From: Octopus sinensis
Taxonomy: Eukaryota
Length of the DNA stretch: 7,165 bases
Reading direction: 5' to 3'
NCBI RefSeq assembly: GCF_006345805.1
Contig: NW_021829161.1
Location: forward strand, 1-7,165
Notes under the pieces: model-generated
The model's database searches: none
The model's input: the letters and a program-made list of their open reading frames with translations, nothing else
Told to the model about the DNA's origin: nothing
Translations under genes and position numbers: made by a program
Part shown: in pieces, positions 1 through 6,465 of the stretch
Layout of the letters: each line of letters opens with the position of its first letter
Position numbering within the stretch: the stretch's first letter is position 1

Positions 1-204
1 ATCTAAACACACACACACATACACATGTATATATATGAATAAAACTGCCGATATTACCAGAACTCCGTAGTCTTTTTAACCAACGCCTTTACTGTTAAAG
101 ATAATTATGTTATCGCCCTTGGATGGACGAAAGACGAAGTCAACATCAGAGCGATTTGAACTCAGAACGTAAAGATCCCTACTAGTGAGATATCTATATG
201 CCAG

Positions 205-223
205 GATTTGAACTGAGAACGTA
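205..223 (-). repeat. Third short copy of the SINE B-box segment
   Basis: GATTTGAACTGAGAACGTA (205-223) matches GATTTGAACTCAGAACGTA (153-171) at 18/19 positions. Confidence 0.75.
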
Positions 224-285
224 GGCGGATGATACTAAATATGAAAATATGAGAAAATATTACTGTTCTTATTCTAACTCATGTC

Positions 286-429
286 CATTGTCCAGAAATC
301 TTTCGTCACACATCTGTGCTCTTGCTCCGCTTATTCCAGAATGGAATAAAAGCGCAGCAAGAGCACACACGAAGACGGAAAGTGTCGCTGAAGAGGTCAC
401 AGATGCGTGAGGAAATTTTCCGGACTATG
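286..429. repeat. Nested imperfect inverted repeat (hairpin) inside the spacer of the long inverted repeat
   Basis: TTATTCCA(331-338)/TGGAATAA(342-349) around a GAA loop; GTGCTCTTGCT(316-326)/AGCAAGAGCAC(356-366); 286-318 pairs imperfectly with 398-429. The right arm has ~30 extra nt (about 367-397). Confidence 0.9.
381..426 (+). ncRNA. Minimal type I hammerhead ribozyme-like motif (probably decayed; Penelope pLTR or retrozyme type)
   Basis: CTGAAGA (388-394), stem II TCAC(397-400)/GTGA(407-410), GAAA (412-415), short near-palindromic stem III GAAATTTTC with NUH triplet TTC (418-420), stem I AGT(G)TCG(381-387)/CGGACT(421-426). The base of stem II is mismatched. Confidence 0.5.
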
Positions 430-473
430 CGAAATTACATCTAGTGTTAATGTCTTTAAAACTGTAAATAAAA

Positions 474-570
474 TATGCTGCGGTATTTTGGTAGGGATCT
501 TTACGTTCTGAGTTCAAATCACCCTGATGTTGACTTCGTCTTTCGTCCATCTAAGGGCGATAATATAATT
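474..570 (+). mobile_element. Diverged tRNA-derived SINE fragment (B-box plus body); mirrored on the minus strand at about 103-182
   Basis: B-box GTTCAAATC at 512-520 in the context CTTTACGTTCTGAGTTCAAAT, followed by GTTGACTTCGTCTTTCGTCC, which resembles an abundant Octopus SINE as I recall it. No A-box is evident. Confidence 0.6.
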
Positions 571-636
571 ATCTTTAACAGTAGAGGCGTTGGTTAAAAA
601 GACTACGCAGTTCTGGTAATATCGGCAGTTTTATTC

Positions 637-710
637 ATATATATATACATGTGTGTGTGTGTATGTGTAGATACATATATATGTATATAGATATATACAC
701 ACTAATAAAT
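637..710. repeat. Mixed (TA)n/(TG)n microsatellite
   Basis: Direct reading; its first part belongs to the right arm of the long inverted repeat. Confidence 0.9.
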
Positions 711-743
711 GTGAATAGTGTATATTATTTCGGTCAAGAGATC

Positions 744-1075
744 GCCACCACCAACACAGAAACCTCTCAGAACCCTGACCCTAACCCTTACCCCCACCAA
801 TATCAACTCACCATCCGCTCTTAAGCGAAACACCATCAATCATTACACATCAGCATCCACGTCAACACTTTTTTTACCTCAACCACCACCACTATTTAAC
901 ACACCATCACCACCACCACCAGCATCACCCCACCTCTACCACCAGCATTACCACCACCACCACCGCCACCACCACCATCGCCAACTCCTCCTCCACTTCT
1001 ACTGTTCTACACCGACGTCATCAACATCGCCACCACTACCCTAAATCAACCCCCACCCCACCCGCCACCATTTAC
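744..1075. repeat. C/A-rich low-complexity tract, degenerate (CCA)n/(CAC)n
   Basis: Repeated CCACCACC/CACCAT units, densest at about 905-975. Confidence 0.9.
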
Positions 1076-1255
1076 CAAGCTACTGTCAGTCTTCACTACG
1101 AGACCACTGCTGTGACTCTATTCAGATTAATTAAAACTCTGTTAATTAAATAAATTTTAAACTATTATCATGTCATCATTTAACTCAAAATGGCTTCCAA
1201 TGGATTTAATAACTGAAAATTAAAATCTATTACCTGCCTCCGCCATCTTTAATAG

Positions 1256-1270
1256 CCCCCCCCCCCCCCC
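1256..1270. repeat. Poly-C homopolymer (15 nt)
   Basis: Direct reading. Confidence 0.95.
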
Positions 1271-1565
1271 TCACATTGCAGTTTTATTGGTTTTCTTCTT
1301 TTTTTTTATATCTCTTTTGGTGAATCTTTTCTCTTTATGTTTTTGGTGTGTTCTTATGCATGGTTTTATTAGAATTATTTTCTTTTCTGCTGAATTCTTA
1401 GTAAGATTAATAGCAAGACATGGAACATTCGAGAAGGGATTACATTTTAGCTACACTCAAATACATGCTGTCGCTTCTCTTCCTTTCTTATCGAAGTTTA
1501 TTTTACTAATGACAAAGTCATTCACCTCTCCATAAAGGTTATTCACTTTTAGATACACACACATA

Positions 1566-1786
1566 TACGGGTGGGTGTTGAAAAGGTTCCTGGCTTTAAG
1601 AGTGTCGCGAGAGGCCTGGTTGGAGGCCCAAACTTCCGAGTTCTGTTATTGGCTTAGGAAAACTGAAGCATCGCTGCAAAAAGTGTGTGAATCTGAGAAG
1701 GGAATATGTTGAATAAAAACATAATTAACTGATCTTCCTGTGTTTGCTTTTGCCCAAAGCCAGGAACTTTTCGGTATCCTCTCGTG
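1566..1786 (+). mobile_element. Mariner-derived non-autonomous element (MITE) with ~30-bp TIRs and a transposase C-terminal remnant
   Basis: Left TIR TACGGGTGGGTGTTGAAAAGGTTCCTGGCTTT (1566-1597); right TIR AAAGCCAGGAACTTTTCGGTATCCTCTCGTG (1756-1786). 1617-1716 translates with one frameshift as WLEAQTSEFCY/GLGKLKHRCKKCVNLRREYVE*, typical of the end of mariner DD34D transposases. TA on the left flank; the right TA reads TG. Confidence 0.85.
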
Positions 1787-1830
1787 TGGTGTGTGTCTGT
1801 GCACATGTGTGTGCATGCACACACACACAT
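1787..1830. repeat. Imperfect (GT)n/(CA)n microsatellite
   Basis: Direct reading. Confidence 0.8.
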
Positions 1831-1881
1831 GGGCACAGACAAAGCTAGGATTAACCCCAGTTGTTGCTGTTACTTATATTC

Positions 1882-1936
1882 GGCTGAGTGGACTGAAATA
1901 ACGGGAAATGAAAAGGACCTTGCATAAGAACATAAC
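1882..1936 (-). mobile_element. Diverged SINE body fragment, same family as 2183-2502 but opposite orientation
   Basis: Reverse complement GTTATGTTCTTATGCAAGG...TTTCCCGTTATTTCAGTCCACTCAGCC aligns loosely to about 2262-2311 (GTTGTATTTTAGAGCAAGACGCTATTTCATGTTGCTGCAGCTCACTCAGC). Confidence 0.55.
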
Positions 1937-1937
1937 T

Positions 1938-1981
<44 letters not shown>

Positions 1982-1998
1982 CATCTATCCATCCATCC

Positions 1999-2097
<99 letters not shown>

Positions 2098-2119
2098 CCT
2101 ACCTACTTACCTACCTACC
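1938..2119. repeat. (TCTA)n tetranucleotide microsatellite with TCCA/TACC variants
   Basis: Direct reading; about 180 bp. Confidence 0.97.
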
Positions 2120-2180
2120 TGTGTGTGTGTGTGTGTTGTGTGTTGTGTGTGTGTTGTGTGTGTGTGCGTGTGTTGTGTGG
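2120..2180. repeat. (GT)n/(GTTGT) microsatellite
   Basis: Direct reading. Confidence 0.95.
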
Positions 2181-2182
2181 AT

Positions 2183-2502
2183 GAAGGCACATGGCTCAGT
2201 GGTTAGAGCGTCAAGCTCACAATCATGAGGTTGTGAGTTCGATTCCCGGACCGGGCTGTATGTTGTATTTTAGAGCAAGACGCTATTTCATGTTGCTGCA
2301 GCTCACTCAGCAGTAGAAATAAGTTGTTACGCCACTGGTGCCAAGCTGTTTTGGCCCCTTTGCCTCTCCCTTGGATAACATCGGTGTTATGGAGGGGACT
2401 GCATACATGGGCAACTGCTAGTCTTTCATAAACAACCTTGCCTGGACTCGTGCCTTGGAGGGGAAATTTCTATGTGCAACCCTATAGTCATTCACGACCG
2501 AA
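2183..2502 (+). mobile_element. Near full-length tRNA-derived SINE
   Basis: A-box TGGCTCAGTGG (2192-2202), D-arm-like GCTCAGTGGTTAGAGC, B-box AGTTCGATTCC (2236-2246). The cloverleaf stems are decayed and a ~250-bp non-tRNA body follows, resembling a common Octopus SINE (recollection). Confidence 0.85.
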
Positions 2503-2568
2503 TATCCATCAATTGTAAATAATGTAAATAATGTACATAATTCCTCATCTCTTAAATATAGAACTGTA
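2503..2568 (+). repeat. Short repeat fragment with three 9-bp tandem units TGTA(A/C)ATAA (2514-2540)
   Basis: The tandem units are seen directly. Resemblance of ...ATAATTCCTCATCTCTTAAATATAGAACTG to the 3' end of an Octopus interspersed repeat is from memory only. Confidence 0.5.
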
Positions 2569-2571
2569 ATT

Positions 2572-2960
2572 AAGAAAATACCTGAAAACAATGGCTTAAG
2601 AAGAATCTTGAAGTTTAACTGGAATGATTCTGTGGGAAATGGTTGGAAACATAACGAAAGTATTGTGTTATGAATAAAATAGCAATGCTGGAGTTTATGA
2701 TGTTTAGTGAATCACGTGGTTCGCTGCTTGCTTAAAAGTCGTCTAATATGTAATGCAGTGAATTAGAGCTTCCAAGATACCAGAGAAAGAGTATGATGTT
2801 GGCCCAGTTATCCTTTGAAAAGAATCCAGATAGAAAGAGGTCACAACTGGACGAAAGCCGAAGCAGAAGCACAGAAAAGATAAGACAGGTGAGAACCTCT
2901 TGTGTTCTTCTGCATCAAATACCATCAGGAGTGGTAACAACAACCGTCACAACACACAAC
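2572..2960 (+). mobile_element. Decayed 3' end of a non-LTR retrotransposon (RTE-like LINE ORF C-terminus)
   Basis: Broken frames give ENNGLRRILKFNWNDSVGN (from 2584), NHVVRCLLKSRLICNAVN* (about 2710-2765) and HNWTKAEAEAQKR*DR*EPLVFFCIKYHQEW* (2842-2937). These are collinear with the post-RT motifs LRRIL..W.D.V.N / GHV.R / W..A...AQDR..W. A CAA/ACA-rich tail follows at 2938-2960. Confidence 0.6.
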
Positions 2961-3659
2961 ATGAATTTGAAATGAAATAAAATTATTGACTTCGTTCATA
3001 TCTACATATTTAGATTTTTCCTAATTTTGATGAAATTATAATCCAAATTAAAGACTATTTTCAAAGAAAACTAAATCGAAATTCATTGAAGAATTCGAAA
3101 TGAGAAGAATATTGAAGGGAGGAAAAAAAAAACTTATACAAAAAAAGTCATCATTCATAAGACAACTACTCTGGCTAAAATAACATTAATTTATCGTCTG
3201 TTCCAGTCAATATTTACAGTCTGTTTCTGTGTACAGTTAATTATACATGGAATGATCTGAGATGTGTAATTGTAACATTCATGTCCATTAAATTAACTCA
3301 AGACGTAAAGTTATGAAGATTTACTTCCTCATATTTGCAGACTGTGGAGTGGTTTTAATAATAAATATTGAACGAGGTCTAATATCTGGTTTTGAAATTC
3401 TCCGTCAAGATTTTCCTGTAGATCTATTGCTATTATTTTCCTTATTATCAAAAGATTTATACTACAAGTTACTGTCATCTCTTATTGAACGAGCTCTTCA
3501 AACATAAAGTTATATTTAGTATTACACAAAGCATTATGTCTCATCTAAAAGTGAAAGCTGTCTATCCTATATTCGCAACTTTAAAATGAAATAAACGCTA
3601 AAATAACGTTCTGTTCCATATGTTTGATTTTTATGAAATCATAAAAAATACATAAAGTT

Positions 3660-3905
3660 TGCCCTGACGACACGCTTTTGGCAAGCTGAAGATTTCAACT
3701 AGTTTATTAATGTTTATAGCCCCAATGGGCTACTGTAGAAATATATTATTGGATGGCGAATGCGTCAAGGTGATATGATTGGATAGGATACGTCGACACA
3801 TTGTCAAGTGTTAGTCTCCGAGGAATCGCTCGGACGTTAAATCAATTGTCTCGAGTTGAAATAAAGAACTGAAACATATGACTTTGAGCTGTTTAGCGAC
3901 TCAGT
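3660..3905. promoter_or_regulatory. Putative promoter-like patch with three CCAAT boxes and locally elevated CpG
   Basis: CCAAT at 3722-3726 (+), ATTGG at 3748-3752 and 3778-3782; about 12 CpG in ~240 bp versus AT-rich flanks; palindrome TAGCCC-CAAT-GGGCTA at 3717-3732. Confidence 0.3.
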
Positions 3906-4074
3906 GACAAATATGGAGAAAGAGGCTATCAATTGCTCCGACACTATTCTACTCTAAAATAACATATGTCTCTGTAATTATTCTTTACTTATTGCTGTGT
4001 CAGTAACAACGCTTTCCTACTCACAGCGAGATTTCAACATTTTCTAATCTGTAATCAAGTTAATTCTCTCTTTA

Positions 4075-4204
4075 ATGGCTGCTTTTTGCTGTCGTTTCTT
4101 CAGTCGTTTTTTGGTAATTTTTGTCTGCAGTTTTATGCTAATGGCTGCTATCTGGTTTTTACTCTCAATGGTTGTGACTTTGATAGATCGGTTAGTTAAG
4201 CCTG
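4075..4204 (+). CDS. Speculative first coding exon of a small or type II membrane-anchored protein
   Basis: ATG at 4075 after an in-frame TAA (4045-4047); reads MAAFCCRFFSRFLVIFVCSFMLMAAIWFLLSMVVTLIDRLVKP, then donor-like CTG|GTGAGA (intron from 4205). Unspliced it ends GESKH* at 4221. No homology recognised, and T-rich DNA gives hydrophobic translations by chance. Confidence 0.25.
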
Positions 4205-4501
4205 GTGAGAGCAAACATTAAATTTGAAATGCGAAGATACATACGCCATCACCTTACAGGATAAAATAAGTAAATAAGAAAATAGAAAGAACAGTTTCTT
4301 CTCGTTATTTTATATCTATTTTATTGAGTTTGTTTTACAGGACTTTGTTCTCTTTGCATCAAGTAAACGAATCGACTTTCTTTTAAACAATTTTTACTCC
4401 AATTTATGTAGTTAACATGTGACATTGCTACCGGGTTGCGTCGGTCGGTACTATGTTAAGGAGAAAGTAAGACAGATGGAAATTTAACCACGAGTTCCAT
4501 T

Positions 4502-4551
4502 ACACACACACACACACACACACACACAACACACACACACTACACACACAC
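4502..4551. repeat. (CA)n microsatellite
   Basis: Direct reading. Confidence 0.97.
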
Positions 4552-4942
4552 TGATCCAGTTAGGAGTTGCTTGTGCTGTGAGCTGCATGCACCTTGGTCA
4601 GGTTTTGGTCATTCACTGTTTTTTCACCAATTTTTCCGGGGTAATCAATGACCACTAATCGTTGGGCCATTTCCGCTTTATAAACAAGACAAGCCATTTC
4701 ATCATTTTCACTCAGAAAATGTAAATAACAAAGGAAATAACAGACTAATTGTTTTTCTTCGAACGAAACTCTCATTCTGCTAGCCTGAAATAACAAAACT
4801 CATTTAAGCCGAACGAGAAATCAATTCGCCGTATTTTACCTTCCACTAATTTCTTATTTCGTGTTTGCTATTTTTCTTTCTACCCCAGTGACATTATCTA
4901 CTCACACCTCACGTGACACTCAAGACAGAACACTCATACAGC

Positions 4943-5008
4943 AACACACACACACAACACACACACACAACACACACACACGCACGCAACACACACACAC
5001 AAACACAC
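4943..5008. repeat. Imperfect (CA)n/(CAA) microsatellite
   Basis: Direct reading. Confidence 0.9.
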
Positions 5009-5046
5009 GCATATTATCTCTCTCTTTCTCAAAACACCATGTAAAT

Positions 5047-5121
5047 ATAATATATATATATAGATATATATAGAATATATATATATATATATATATATAT
5101 AGATAAATGTATATATATATA
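5047..5121. repeat. (TA)n microsatellite with AG interruptions
   Basis: Direct reading. Confidence 0.95.
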
Positions 5122-5132
5122 TCGACAACCGG

Positions 5133-5189
5133 TGATTGTCATACGCTGATGACGGCTCAATACCCAGAAACTCGTGTACGTGTGTATCA
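5133..5189 (+). ncRNA. Type I hammerhead ribozyme-like motif
   Basis: Stem I CATACG(5140-5145)/CGTGTG(5179-5184), extended by TGAT(5133-5136)/ATCA(5186-5189); CTGATGA (5146-5152); stem II CGG..CCA (5153-5155/5164-5166, closing pair C-A mismatched); GAAAC (5167-5171); TCGT loop; GTA cleavage triplet (5176-5178). Confidence 0.55.
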
Positions 5190-5299
5190 TGTCAGGTTGA
5201 AGATGGGATGGATGGCTTCCCTTTGCAAATACTGATAGGGTACAGAAAGTGTGTCAATAGCCTGCTGGAGGAGGTGTCCTCCAGGGGCTACTACTTATA

Positions 5300-5374
5300 G
5301 GCGCAGGAGTGGCCGTGTGGTAAGCAGCTTGCTTACGAACCACATGGTTCCGGATTCAGTCCCACTGCGTGGCA
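5300..5374 (+). mobile_element. 3'-truncated SINE head (same family as 6070-6464)
   Basis: 5296-5373 aligns to 6066-6143 with 6 mismatches in 78 nt; A-box-like TGGCCGTGTGG (5310-5320), B-box-like GGATTCAGTCC (5352-5362). Confidence 0.9.
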
Positions 5375-5554
5375 ACTACATAGTAAACATGGTTCACGAA
5401 ACTTCCTAAGCCATTCCGTGTTTCCCTGGAACCCCTCTCAAGATACCACCCCAATCATCAGGCCAATTATATAACTTTATCAAAATATGTGTAAAGTCTA
5501 TTTTGTTCTATGAATCTGCCAATAATTTTCGAAGTTCTCCCAGTTCTGAGTTCC

Positions 5555-6060
5555 CTGAGATATGATAATAGTAATTAGTGCGTATGAAGAATGGAGCCAT
5601 ATTCTGTCTCTAAGAAGCCAAGTTTTTGTATGCAAATGCAGCCAACATCTGCGTTTCTTTTTTCGAAATTATACATGAGAGTGTATGCTTGTGATAGTAA
5701 GAAGATTCTTAGAATCGTAGACTAGAATAATTCTATAGATTTATTCTTGGATTTCAGGTGGCACTGAGAAAATTCTAGATTCTTCAGGTAGAGGAGGTCA
5801 ATAGGATTACTGACCTCCAAACGCACTATAGATGTCGCTTTTTGTGATCATCTTGGAACAGCAACCTTTTATGTAATTATATCGGGCTGATAACACGAAG
5901 CAGAAGTTATGATACCTTAAGCGAGTTTGAACCCCAATACTTATGTCCCCGCGGTTATAGAAAGTTTGGTACCCTTTTCCATATCAGATAAAAATATAAA
6001 TTCAAAATGGAACGAGTACCAATGTTCTCTTACGCACTAATTACTATTATCATATCTCAG
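5555..6060. repeat. Perfect 30-bp inverted repeat pair (5555-5584 and 6031-6060)
   Basis: CTGAGATATGATAATAGTAATTAGTGCGTA is the exact reverse complement of TACGCACTAATTACTATTATCATATCTCAG; 446-bp spacer. Confidence 0.9.
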
Positions 6061-6069
6061 AATAGTATA

Positions 6070-6464
<395 letters not shown>

Positions 6465-6465
6465 G

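Larger units (their letters stand above)
1..672. repeat. Long inverted repeat: arms 1-182 and 491-672, 308-bp spacer
   Basis: Manual reverse complement of 491-672 aligns to 1-182. There are six substitutions in the unique part (left-arm positions 65, 89, 109, 121, 150, 152) plus small differences in the terminal (AC)/(AT) microsatellite. The left arm reaches the window edge, so it may extend further. Confidence 0.95.

Noticed and set aside
771-793. Telomere-like ACCCTG-ACCCTA-ACCCTT-ACCC
   Set aside because: Only three degenerate units inside C-rich low-complexity DNA.
718-1044. 108-aa His/Pro/Thr-rich ORF
   Set aside because: Translation of a degenerate (CCA)n tract; GTG start, no domain, no splice support.
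1287-1535. 82-aa Phe-rich ORF resembling a membrane protein
   Set aside because: Hydrophobicity comes from a T-rich tract; TTG start, no recognisable motif.
1646-1842. Two minus-strand ORFs (60 and 62 aa)
   Set aside because: Antisense to the mariner remnant and start in a GT/CA microsatellite.
1908-2228. 106-aa ORF with SIYL repeats
   Set aside because: Translation of (TCTA)n and (GT)n.
2185-2255. tRNA gene (CAC in the anticodon position)
   Set aside because: A and B boxes are present but acceptor, anticodon and T stems do not pair; it continues into a SINE body.
2743-2975. ORFs 2743-2943 (-) and 2793-2975 (+)
   Set aside because: Off-frame or antisense readings of the decayed LINE end.
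3313-3507. 64-aa plus ORF, and a minus-strand stretch (RSTGKS*RRISKPDIRPRSIFIIKTTPQ) faintly like a Tc1 N-terminus
   Set aside because: No TIRs or catalytic motifs nearby; similarity too weak to support without a search.
4861-5128. ORFs rich in HT, YI and CV repeats
   Set aside because: Microsatellite translations.
5268-5297. GGVLQGLLL resembling the RT GVPQG motif
   Set aside because: Nine residues only, stop just upstream, no other RT motifs.
5415-5465. Minus-strand CTGATGA...GAAAC as a third hammerhead
   Set aside because: No convincing stem II, stem III or stem I pairing around the core words.
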